Both the position numbers and the translations under genes were made by a program. Under the pieces are notes generated by a model. It worked only from the letters and a program-made list of their open reading frames with translations, was not told the DNA's origin and did not search any database. This document shows, piece after piece, positions 1 through 12,345 of a stretch of 34,564 nucleotides of DNA; positions within the stretch are counted from its first letter, which is position 1; each line of letters opens with the position of its first letter. The stretch is from Intoshia linei. Its lineage: Eukaryota; Animalia; Orthonectida. The stretch spans positions 1 to 34,564 of the forward strand of contig LWCA01000281.1 in the NCBI GenBank assembly GCA_001642005.1, written 5' to 3'.

Positions 1-18
1 TTATAATAAAGTTACAAT

Positions 19-50
19 AAAAACGACATTACTTATGAAACGACCTAATA
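19..50. mobile_element. Mariner terminal inverted repeat (element extends left of the window) plus TA target site
   Basis: Reverse complement of 19-50 reads TA-TTAGGTCGTTTCATAAGTAATGTCGTTTTT. It closely matches the mariner TIR at 34157-34188 and the Hsmar1-type TTAGGTTGGTGCAAAAGTAATTGCGGTTTT pattern. Confidence 0.75.
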
Positions 51-522
51 GTTTGATATATTAGTCGGAAATAATGTATATAATGTATTTCAATTACCTC
101 CTACTACGACAATTCTATAGGTGACCATCAGTACAAAACTGAAATTTATACCTTCTTATTTTAAAATTGAAACTATGACATTTAATATCTGAACGTTTAT
201 GGACCGATGGCATGTAATAATTTATTGTTTAAATTATTGTATACAAAATAAATGTTTGTGTGCTACCGTTTAATTAAAATTTTAATAGTCCTCATCAAAT
301 AAATTATAATTATTCATTCCAGAAACATTACAATTTTACAAAACAATCACCATTAAAGCTAAATAAATATTAACATTACAGTTTTCCACATCAGAGACAA
401 TATGAGCTACTGAGTATATTCATCTAACAAGCGAGATGTTACACTTTTTTTAATTTATTATTTAAAATAAGTATTATTCTTTCCTTATAACCTTCTCTTC
501 TTCTAAAACAAATAATTACCCA

Positions 523-2242
523 TCCTTACTTATATAATATGCTATGCAATATTTGTTTGTGTGTGTTACCGTTTATTTCAATAAGAACCAGTCTTAATGG
601 TATATATAAAGTTATAGAATTTTATAAAGTCAAAATTTCTATTACAATTTTTTTCGGGGGTGTTAGTAACATAAATTTCAACCTCCCAAACTCAGATCTT
701 ACGGGTCAAAAATCCCAATTGTCCTTTTTTTTAAAAATCAAATTAGTTCGAGAATTTAAAAAATTATACACTCTGATACGGATTTTAAAACCATTAATAT
801 TAGCATAAATTTAAATTTAAAAAAATATATCTTCAGGGCCAAAATCCAAAATTACCCTTCCTTTTTTTTGAAAACAGCCCTAGAATTTCAAAAAATTTTA
901 ATCCCAATAAGTGACGACTTCACGGTCAAAAAAGCATTTTAGTATTCATATATTTTTTTTTCGAAATATTTTATTAAAACAAAAAATGTGAAATAATTAA
1001 CGGTTCGAAAATTCAAAAAAAAGATTATTCTGATAGAGCTTATTCCAGTTGACATAAATACAAAATTTCAACCCCAGAAAATAACGCATTCCCGATGAAA
1101 AATAATTTTTAATATAGCATCAACCAATATTTTTCAAATATTTTGATTAACATTTCAAATCAAAAATTGAAAATGTAAATATTGATCCTACAATTTCAAA
1201 AAAAATGTGGATTGTACATCTACACATTTCCAGTAAAGACATATGGGTGAAAATCTATATAATTCATTCCTTTGGAATGATTTTTCATTGCTACGCAATT
1301 TTTAAATTTCAAATTTTTATTTTCAAAACATTTTGATTAAAATTTAAATTAAAACTACAACAACGAATTACTAAAAGTAATACAATTTTTTTTAAATTTT
1401 TTATACAAATAAATATTAATTAACAAAATAAATTTAACATGGAATAATTCACTTTAAATTAAAAGGTAATGTGATATAACAGGTCCACGTGTAACAAGTT
1501 TGCAATCACTCCTTTAAATTATTAATAATAGTGAATAGTAGCATTTTTAGCTTAAATTTTCTTATTTACAGTTCGCGACAGCTATTGTGCTAGGTGAAAA
1601 ATGTAACCTTTCCCAATTGAATTCAAACTTTCTACCCCTTTACATCTCTTGATATGGTGTATATATCAACAGCACAAGTTGTTCTAGGCTATCAAATTGC
1701 TTACTTCGTGGTAGGGTAAAATCTTTTATTATATTGAATGAAACATAGGTTTAGTGTTATAAAATGCCGAAATAATGTCATCAATTCTTTTTATTTATTA
1801 ATTTAACCTTTTTAAACTAATAAATTAAATTTTGAATTAAAATAAAATTGAGAATATAATTAGATTATAAAAAAAATGCGTATTAAGATAAAATCAAATA
1901 GTACGATGAAGATATTGAAGTGCGTACTTATATTTTACAATAATTGAGTTTATATGGTAGTAAAAATAAAGTTGAACTTTAGCTTAAATTTACTTTTTTA
2001 GGTAAATGTCTCTCAGCCTAAATGACAACAATTTCAGAGTCAACAATATTTGTGCTGTTTTTTTAACTAAAATAATATCCGTTTTTTTTTTAAATGAAAT
2101 TTATATTGAGTATTAAAGATTTTATTTTTCCTAGCATACTAGCTGTCGCTGACTGTTAATTTATTTTTTTGGTAGAATAAAAATGTCCGCCCTCGGCAGA
2201 GCTAGGATGCTGTTTGTACGAGGTACATAACATTCAAGCTAG
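523..2242 (+). mobile_element. Non-autonomous Helitron (family A), full-length copy with internal insert
   Basis: Begins A^TCCTTACTTATATAATATGC and ends CAAGCTAG^T, with no TSD and a GC-richer stem region before CTAG. The 5' end recurs at 17729(-), 26893(+) and 29346(-); the 3' end recurs at 9948(+), 16084(-) and 34037(-). Internal ~130-bp subrepeats start near 704, 837 and 923. Confidence 0.8.
1572..2070 (+). pseudogene. Decayed multi-exon gene fragment inside the Helitron
   Basis: ttatttacAG|exon 1572-1710 (FATAIVLGEKCNLSQLNSNFLPLYIS*YGVYINSTSCSRLSNCLLR)|GT, then a 38-nt intron (1711-1748) with a phase-compatible next exon. Further AG/GT-bounded segments lie near 1864-1919 and 2002-2070. 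In-frame stops are present. The segment is absent from other copies of the element. Confidence 0.4.
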
Positions 2243-2282
2243 TGATATTATATTTGTTGCAATTCGCTTCCAAATGGATTAA

Positions 2283-2440
2283 AGGTAAAGCGGGAAGAAA
2301 AATACGTAGTGTTACTTTTAGTTTATTTGGAATAAATTTTAAGCCGAAAATTTTTATTCGTCATCATTAATAAGTAGTTTTGGCTTTACATTTATCAAAT
2401 AAACTAAAATTGATAGTACGTATTTTTCTGGCCACTTTAT
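2283..2440. mobile_element. TTAA-flanked MITE with ~35-45 bp TIRs (Kolobok-like)
   Basis: GAAAAATACGTAGTGTTACTTTTAGTTTATTTG ... CAAATAAACTAAAATTGATAGTACGTATTTTTC, with TTAA at 2279-2282 and 2441-2444. A near-identical inverted copy lies at ~22678-22832 and a lone end at ~4577-4605. Confidence 0.65.
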
Positions 2441-2610
2441 TTAAGGTGGTATTTTAAGCTAAATACTCAAAACTTACATGTAATAAGAACAAATTATAAT
2501 TTGTTTTTTTATAATATAATAATTATCTGAGAAATATTGTAATTAGGCTAATTTTGTAAATTACAAAATTATTAACAATACATACACAATATCTGCGTTT
2601 TTAAATTTAT

Positions 2611-3576
2611 TTAATTATTTTCAAAATATTCTGTAGGTTTATTGACATCTATGGCTTTATTTCCTGGTTTCCAATTAGCAGGACAAACTTCACCGTGTTT
2701 TTCAAAATATTGAATAGCATTAACAAGTCGCAATGTTTCGTCCACCGATCTTCCAATAGGCAAATCATTCACACACGAGTGTCTTACAACATTTTTATCG
2801 TCGATAATATAAAGACCTCTAATTTAAAATGTAGTGTTGAATATCTTATAAAATATGGTAGAACTATTTCATAGCTATTTGTATCATTCCATAAAAAATT
2901 AAACGGAAATTATCATCCATTAGTCTATTTAACATTTCAAATAAAGACTCAAATGGAATATTCCTAATGATAATATTTTACCTTTGAGCAAATCCTTGAT
3001 TTTCCAAAAGAACACCATAATCTTTAGATATTTTATGATTAGTATCAGACAAGACATGAATGTTCATATCTCCTAAACCACCTTCCTTCCTAGGTTGATT
3101 TATCCTAAATTCAAAATACAATTAAGAAACTACCAAAAAGTATACTAAAATTTACCATGCCAAATGACTAAAATGGCTATCTGTCGAAACTGCTACCAAT
3201 TCACAATTGATATCTTTAAATTCCTTAAACCTGTCACTAAATGCACAAATTTCGGTTGGACAAACAAAGGTACTAAACAATCATAAAAATGTATAAAATC
3301 TCATTGATACAAATCCAATGGGTAGAAAAAGAGAACCAGATATTTACCCTTGAAAGAATCGGTAGATAGATCGCAAAATTGTTTATTAAACACTGACTTT
3401 CCTTCAAAGTGTGGAGCTTGGCTGGCTACGAGTGAGCTACTTATTTTTCTATAATTTGGTTTCTAAAAAATGAAAATTTTGAAAATACAATAAACCAGTA
3501 CATAAAATTGTTTTATTGGATTTGCAAGGAGTGAACCTCTCAGTTGATTTAACCCACCAAGTATTCTAGCTATCAT
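2611..3576 (-). CDS. PRDX3: Typical 2-Cys peroxiredoxin, probably mitochondrial (PRDX3-like), 5 exons, ~224 aa
   Basis: Exons 3576-3502, 3462-3311, 3272-3156, 3104-2982 and 2818-2611 (all GT-AG) splice in frame. Motifs: FFYPLDFTFVCPTE (peroxidatic Cys), [12 protein letters not shown] (resolving Cys), C-terminal YF. The N-terminus [22 protein letters not shown] is basic and acid-free like a mitochondrial presequence. The paralog assignment is less certain than the family. Confidence 0.92.
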
Positions 3577-4109
3577 TTCCTATTTAAATATTTATACTCA
3601 CTAGTAAATGTAAATAAAATAATTAATATTTGCGATTTCTACAAGTTTATAATGCACATTTCTATAGAAAATAATTATATGCATTAAAATTTAAGTTTAA
3701 ATTTGAATTTATTTTTATCGGAAACATTTACGCCGTGGAAATCCACGCTCTATAAAAATTTCGATAATTTTTAAAATTTGACCATCAATCTGAAATTGGT
3801 TTAGAACCATTGCACTAATTTACCATAATAATTTTCTAAGCAACGTTATAGTGATTTTAAAAATTGCCGATAAAATATACTTTCAAAATCTCATTTAACA
3901 AAAATGGCAAAACGTTAAAATGGCATATTCGTTAAATGAATTTAACGAAAATATTAGAAATGTGCTGCTGCACACATGTCTTAAATTTATCAAAATTATA
4001 TTCAATATGAAAAAATAATTAAACTTTTTATTATGATATCTTACATTGATAATTATCAATTCATTTATAATTATTAATTATAATTTATTATAATTTAATG
4101 AAAATATTC

Positions 4110-4372
4110 TTAAACCCAACCATTTTTACTTAAATCAAACCATTTTTACTCAAATTCATTCATTTATACTAAAAACCCACTTTTACAACCAATGAATGTA
4201 TATTACTTTTTGACAACTTTTATGAGTCATAAATATTTATTCACTAATTTATCATTTTTACAAATCTTATTTGTAATTTTTTCTTTTAGGGTTGATAAAA
4301 CTGGATTTTTCCATTTAGTGTCGGTAAATTTTGATTTTTAGTAAAAATGGTTGGATTTAAGTAGACACCCTA
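4110..4372. repeat. Degenerate foldback element with ~20-bp tandem subrepeats
   Basis: TTAAACCCAACCATTTTTACT-like units occur tandemly at 4110-4175, and their reverse complement AGTAAAAATGGTTGGATTTAA at ~4340-4360 ends in GACACCC-TA. Confidence 0.45.
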
Positions 4373-5430
4373 ATTTAATTGTATATAAAAAGATTCCATG
4401 ACTTCTTAAAAGAGACGATCTAATATTTAAAGCCATAAAACCATAACAATATTTAAAAAAACTACTAAAATAATATTGAATTTACGCGTTCGTTAATTAA
4501 AAATTAAATACCAGATATTTAGGCATTTATATAGAAAATAAAATTTCGACATTCGTTGAATGAGATTTTGACTGTAATACGTATTTTTCTGGTCATTTTA
4601 CTTAAGATACTTAATACTTAAGAGCGTGTATATGTGGCTGTGGGAAATCCATGTAATTATAATGAAATCATTTTACGTCAGATTTTATTCAAGGGTAATT
4701 TAAAATATTTTTACCAAAAAGTTACTTTTTTGATTTTCCCCAATTCTCAAAATGGATTTAAACTATCTTAATGTCAAAGTAAATTTTGTTCGGTGGTAGT
4801 ATCAATGAGTAAAGTAGCTGTGCGGCTGAATTTTTAGAAAGGTTGTGCACTAGAGCAGTTGCCACCAAATTACGACCCGCGAATTACAAATTTATAACAA
4901 AAAACAGGGGTGATATCTTAAAAAGTATCATATATCATCGACTTAGATTTTAAATATATGTCGTATAGAATGTATACAACTGTAAAATGTACACATAACA
5001 CGGGCAAGTTGTAGAATGTACACATCTCATAGATAAGTCGTACAGTATACAGTACACATTAACGTAACAAGGCAGGATATATTATTAAGATTAAAAATAA
5101 TTAATTCAATTTAAAAATAAACATAAGCTTGTTAATTTAACTGAATTGGTAAATTCGTTGCTAGCAAAGCATCAATTATGTATCTAACTCTAAATTGGCG
5201 TCTAAGACACATTCTTAAAAATGTTTTCATATTACTAGATTTGCGAATCATGATAAAAATCTTATGAAATTTTTACACATAATCGCGATCACTCAAAAAA
5301 TTTCAGAATGTACCTGTTGGGCACCCCTGGTATATATTATTGAAAACAAATCGGAAAAAGGTTCATATTTTTAATATAAATTCACATCAATTAGTTTCTA
5401 AAGCCACCGTCCACTTCCTGATTCCTTCAT

Positions 5431-8194
5431 TTATGATTCCGATAATTGTGTTTCTGGTTGAAGAAATATAAAACATTTTTTAACCTACAATTAATTTAAA
5501 TAATTATAATTGAATAATTCTTATCCACCTTGTGGTAATATTCTGATGATTTGGTGTATTCTTTCGTAAATAAAAAATGCTCAGCAATTGGCATAAACAT
5601 TAAACCAGAGTCTCCCTTCTTTTGCTTAACAACCTCTCTAATAATTGAAAAATTAATAATAAAAAATTTACTCAATTTGTATAACCACTAAATCAAGATA
5701 ATAATGATAAATTGATTGGTCAAGGTGGTTTAAGAATTCAAGCAGTAAAGCATTGACGAGTGTGTTGCATATCTGTACTACAGCTTTGTAAATGGTAAGC
5801 ATTATATTTATACATTTTATTTGATATTCTGAAAATGTTTGTGCTAAAAAATAAAATTATTACCATAATTATTTCAAAATTAAAGTTTTAAATTAACCTC
5901 CATTATCATCGCATTGATCCATTTCACTCAATTGATTTTGCAGTTTTTGTAAAAATTTATTTCTGATATTTATATTTTCTGCACTAAAATCGTTTTTACC
6001 ACATTCTAAGCAGTACGTTTCATCTATTTTTAAAAACTAATTAGACAACCAAAAAAATTATTGACAAACGGTGAATAATTTCATGTAACTTACAGTCACC
6101 TATCCATGGGGAAAAAACTTGATGATTTAATTTTTTTTTAAAAAAGGTAATATGGGGTTTTAAACGTGATAATGCAAATAAAGATGTTACAGTTGAATCA
6201 ACTATATGACAGAGATGACTACAGACTCTGCAGTAGATTTGTATAATAAAATAAGCAAAATAATTCAAACATACCTTCAACTTTAAAGACAGTGCCTCTA
6301 CATAAACACATTGTTATGAATTGTACATCCAACTACAAATGTAAATAACTTTTTGTTAATATAAATCCATTTAATGTAATGTATGTTGTACATATAGTCT
6401 CCCATTTTTTGCTCGTTACTACATTTAAGACATTCGAGGTATTTACAGATACAATTGTAGTTAAAAAAATATAAATGTATATGAAAACTTCCCACCTCGG
6501 TAGACCTATCTATTGTTTGTACGCAATACGAAACATAAATGCAGTCAATTATTATTCAAAAAATACTTTTCTATTAAAACATGAAATACACCCACATTTA
6601 AAAAAGTAATGTTCCTCAATGTTTCCATTCCAATAGCAATTGGCAGTGAAACCGTATGACATAGTTAACTAAAAATATCATGGTTAAATTTGAATGATTT
6701 AAAATTGTCGATTGACCCTTGTCATTATAAAACTTTTCGAAGAATACAAATTAACACATTTGCATTTTATACCATCAAATGGAATTACAATTGTCGTCAA
6801 TATAATAAGATTTTTTAACAAAAGGAGTGATTTATATTTTCATTTTTTATACCATTATATTCCACGAAGAAGTTGAGTAAAACTGCATAAAAGACTAATA
6901 ATTGTCCAATTACCTCATCATTATGTTGAATTTTTTTGGTTGCATACAATGTTATTTTCTTTTCATCAAAAACCGGGTTAGTGTTTGGATTATAGGAATG
7001 ATTCAATTTGCTCAACCTGTAATGAATTTAAGTTATATCTTTAAATATATACCCGATATATATCCCTGTACCAACGGTTAAATCATGTGTGTATAGATTA
7101 TAAGTTCATGATCATCTACAATGGATCATATGACATTTAGAATATAAAGGGAGTTAATTTAATTACAAATTTATCTTTCCGTATAGTTCACTCATCATTG
7201 TTATATTTTTACATGCATCGATTGAAATCAACATTATATACCTCAACTGTTTTGTAATTTCAATAAATGAGGCACTTCTGGTTTTATCATTATTCCATTT
7301 TTCCTTGTCTGATATATAATTTATATTTTAAAATTATAGACACAGGTCAAAAAGTGACAGATCTGGTTGCTGTTAGTACAAATTACATAACAGTACAGTT
7401 AGTAGTTCAATATTAAAAAGTGCTTTTATAGTCACTGTGTTGGATAACTTGACCACCCTACTATATAACATACTAGAAATTAAGTCATTAAATCTCCTTT
7501 CATTGCAATTTATATCGGGAAAAGATACGTCTTTTTTCTATAAAATAAACAATGAAAAATATATGAAAGGTTCGCTCTCGGTAAAGCTATATACTGTTTA
7601 TACTTAGTACACATTGTGTAAAAGCTACTGGTGTAGTTTGAAATAAAAATGTTAGAAAAGTCACAAGAGACAAAAAAGCTATTGATATTATTTTGCGAGT
7701 TGCGTGAACATAAAGCGTATACAGAGAATTTTTTCATTTAATTTCAAATTTCATATTTCGTATGAAGGGTTGCAAATACTTTAATATAAAATATACCGTC
7801 TTAAATAAACATTGTAAATACAGTTTAGCCAAGGTTGGTAAATTTTCAACTTTAATTTTTAAATGTTTGCACTCATATTTATGCACATTTTTCCAATTTT
7901 CCACCTTAATATTGAATAGATTAATTCATTAGTATGTTCATGAATGAAATATAAATATACCTGACAGTGCTTACTGCAATAATACACACTCAAACAATTT
8001 CCACATATTTTTAATAGTGAGTTTCTAAAATTTATATTTAAAAATGTCTACCTTTTTAAACAATTATTACATACTTTTCCGATGTATTCATCGTTAACAA
8101 CATAGACATATGGTTCTTCAGTGAATATTACTCCAGGTTCATATGATTGCGTCGATCTTATTTTTTCGCTTTCAGGTAATTGATTGTTACCCAT
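5431..8194 (-). pseudogene. SMYD-family (SET and MYND domain, SMYD3-like) lysine methyltransferase gene with inactivating lesions; 13 exons
   Basis: Exons 8194-8052, 8024-7961, 7904-7797, 7537-7474, 7308-7175, 7115-7053, 7016-6914, 6668-6567, 6332-6275, 6023-5898, 5843-5672, 5637-5529, 5484-5431. Motifs: EEPYVYV; MYND finger CNNC..CGNC..YYCSKHCQ..W..HKYEC; VGTGIY; LNHS(Y)NPN; LTMSY; post-SET YFFKCGCISC; TPR-like tail. Lesions: expected donor at 7174 reads AT, stop/frameshift near 7103, NHSC to NHSY. Confidence 0.85.
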
Positions 8195-8401
8195 TGTATT
8201 TATTCGTCAAATTAATGTGTAGCAGATGTGCACAGTAACATACGTTACTGCCACTACACGTACATTTGTATTTACATTTGCATACATTTAATTGAACATT
8301 TCTTTTGAATTTAAAAACAAAAAAAGTTAGTATATGTCATATAGTCAAATAGTGCGTAAAATTTATACATATTTACTGATGTCTAGGTTTTAACTTTTTA
8401 G

Positions 8402-9189
8402 TTTAAGTGAATTTTACCAATATTGCAAAGGATTGTAATAAATATAAAAATGATAATAACAAAGTTGCATTAATTTTAGTATTCGTTGTTATAATTTTAA
8501 TTTAAATTTTAAACATAATGTTTTGAAAATGATTTGACATTGAAAAATTGCGAAGGAATGAATTATATAGATTTTCGTCCATATTTCTTTATTGGAAATG
8601 TGTAGACATTCAATGCACATTTTTTTTGAAATTGTAGGATCAATATTTAAATTTTTGATTTTAATCAAAATATTAGAAAAATATTGGTTGATAATATATT
8701 AAAAATTATTTTTCACCGGGAATGCGTACTTTTCTGGGGTTAAAATTTTGTATTTATATCAACTGGAATAAGCTCTATCAGAATAATTTTTTTTTTAAAT
8801 TTTCGGACCGTTAATTACTTCACATTTTTTGTTTTTTAATTACCACAACGAATTACTAAAAGTAATACAACTTTGTTATTATCATTTTTATATTNNNNNN
8901 NNNNNNNNNNNNNNNTTTAATCAAAATATTAGAAAAATATTGGTTGATAATATATTAAAAATTATTTTTCACCGGGAATGCGTACTTTTCTGGGGTTAAA
9001 ATTTTGTATTTATATCAACTGGAATAAGCTCTATCAGAATAATTTTTTTTTTAAATTTTCGGACCGTTAATTACTTCACATTTTTTGTTTTTTAATTACC
9101 ACAACGAATTACTAAAAGTAATACAACTTTGTTATTATCATTTTTATATTTATTACAATACTTTGCAATATTGGTAAAATTCACCTGAA
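8402..9189. mobile_element. Foldback/MITE-like element with ~90-bp TIRs whose interior matches the Helitron middle segment
   Basis: 8402-8490 and 9100-9189 are reverse complements with few mismatches (GTGAATTTTACCAATATTGCAAAG...TTCGTTGT). The interior 8500-8835 is a minus-strand match to ~975-1350. Confidence 0.7.
8660..9150. other. Scaffold gap (21 N, 8895-8915) flanked by an exact 235-bp duplication; probable assembly artefact
   Basis: 8660-8894 and 8916-9150 read identically and abut the gap on each side. Confidence 0.85.
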
Positions 9190-9309
9190 ATATCTTTATA
9201 AATGCTGATTCCGTTAATTATTGATACATATTTGGCTCTCACACTAAAGAGTGAATCACAGTAAAAAAAATTATAAATAGTGATACACACTAAATCTTAG
9301 TTAATTCAA

Positions 9310-9467
9310 GTGTTATGGTTCGAAGCTATCGGTCTGATTAAACACAATATTACAATCAATATTTAATATTACACGTAGTACATTTACATCCACATTTGTA
9401 CCACCAACTTCAATTGGTTGATTATTAAGTGAACGGTGTCCCTGGATACCGGAGCTTTAATATTACA
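9310..9467. repeat. Dispersed ~160-bp repeat, copy 1 (transposon fragment)
   Basis: Reverse complement of 22439-22596 (TTCGAAGCTATCGGTCTGATTAAACAC...GTGAACGGTGTCCCT.GATACCGGAGCTTTA). Confidence 0.8.
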
Positions 9468-9724
9468 CAGTTTAGTGAGACCCCATAATTGGTATTTTAA
9501 GTATTTATTAAATTGATACTGAATATTGTATATATTTTATATTATCATATTGAAAATGACAAAATAGGTTTTTATAATTTTATTTTTTCTTTAATTTATG
9601 CTATTTATGACAATTTTTAGGATTGGACTATTTTTACTTGATTTTTAATATTATACACACATTCTGTCTAATAACTTTAAAAAATGGAATACCAATTGTT
9701 TTTAAAATTCTTTACGCAAATGTT

Positions 9725-9948
9725 AAAAAAATTAAGATGGAATAATTGACTTTAAAGTAAAAATTAATGTGATATGACGGTTCCACCTGAAACAAGTTTG
9801 AGAACCACTCCTTTAAATGATTGACAATAGTGATTAGTGGGATTTTTAAGTTAGATTTGGAACGTGAATTTATTTTTTTGGTAGAATAAAAATGTGCCCT
9901 CGGCAGAGCTAGGTGCTGTTTTTACGTAGTACATAACACTCAACCTAG
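9725..9948 (+). mobile_element. Helitron family A 3' fragment
   Basis: Matches 1425-1555 joined to 2156-2242 and ends CAACCTAG^T. Confidence 0.8.
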
Positions 9949-10051
9949 TACGATATATTTATCTATCATTAATGATAATTATGATGCATTATATCGATTA
10001 TTGTAATATTAGTATCATCATAATACTTTTAGTAATGCAGTGCAAAGTAAA

Positions 10052-10256
10052 ATCACCTAGAAAATATATGTCACGCTACGTAACTCACGTATTAAATTTC
10101 ATTCACGTAAACTACGTATGAAAATGGATCAATGAAAGCTAATGAAAGGACCATTCAAACTGGTAAATCACCTCACAATTAATTAATTTATACTAGTCAA
10201 GAATTAGTTATAATGTAACCATTGATATGTAACTACGCAAGTTGTATTAAAATTGG
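10052..10256 (+). promoter_or_regulatory. Candidate SREBP/NF-Y-type promoter module upstream of IDI
   Basis: ATCACCTCAC (10167-10176) is one mismatch from SRE-1 ATCACCCCAC. GTCACGCTAC (10070-10079), clustered TCACGTA/CTACGTA words and an inverted CCAAT (ATTGG, 10252-10256) all lie within 260 bp of the ATG. Confidence 0.3.
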
Positions 10257-10308
10257 ATTTGAGCGTATGTATTAGGAATTATTATTGAATTTACGTTAAA
10301 AAGAAAAA

Positions 10309-12270
<1,962 letters not shown>

Positions 12271-12283
12271 AACCACCAAAATG

Positions 12284-12300
12284 TAAATAAAATTTATTTA
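12284..12300. terminator. Back-to-back polyadenylation signals shared by the convergent IDI and formin genes
   Basis: TAAATAAA-A-TTTATTTA contains AATAAA on + (12286-12291) and on - (12298-12293), in the 75-bp gap between the two stop codons. Confidence 0.55.
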
Positions 12301-12345
12301 TGATGGGTTCTTTTTATTTTGAATGTAGCACTGGCGTAGGAAATA

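Noticed and set aside
539-808. 89-aa ORF, and similar ORFs at 17301-17516 and 18275-18463
   Set aside because: They lie inside Helitron A copies, and the frames are not conserved between copies.
900-945. Apparent internal Helitron terminus TTAG^T at 942
   Set aside because: The copy that seems to stop there (17273) is actually interrupted by a Tigger at TA and resumes at 16313.
2156-2242. Four-copy ~90-bp GC-richer unit with an Sm-like ATTTTTTTGG, considered as SL RNA/snRNA or CRISPR repeat
   Set aside because: The copies are dispersed, have no spacers, are contiguous with Helitron sequence and end in CTAG^T. No leader-donor structure was found.
4850-5340. Possible hAT MITE ending GTTGGGCACCCCTG at ~5329
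   Set aside because: No convincing partner TIR or TSD; only one end is visible.
6041-6495. ORFs 6041-6280 and 6298-6495, also 7510-7737
   Set aside because: Mostly SMYD introns read through; the true exons are in other frames.
7106-7114. TGA-TCA-TGA in frame if the canonical donor at 7166 is used (selenocysteine or stop recoding)
   Set aside because: SMYD homology favours the K|MIMN frame. No SECIS was recognised, and no other gene here has internal TGA codons.
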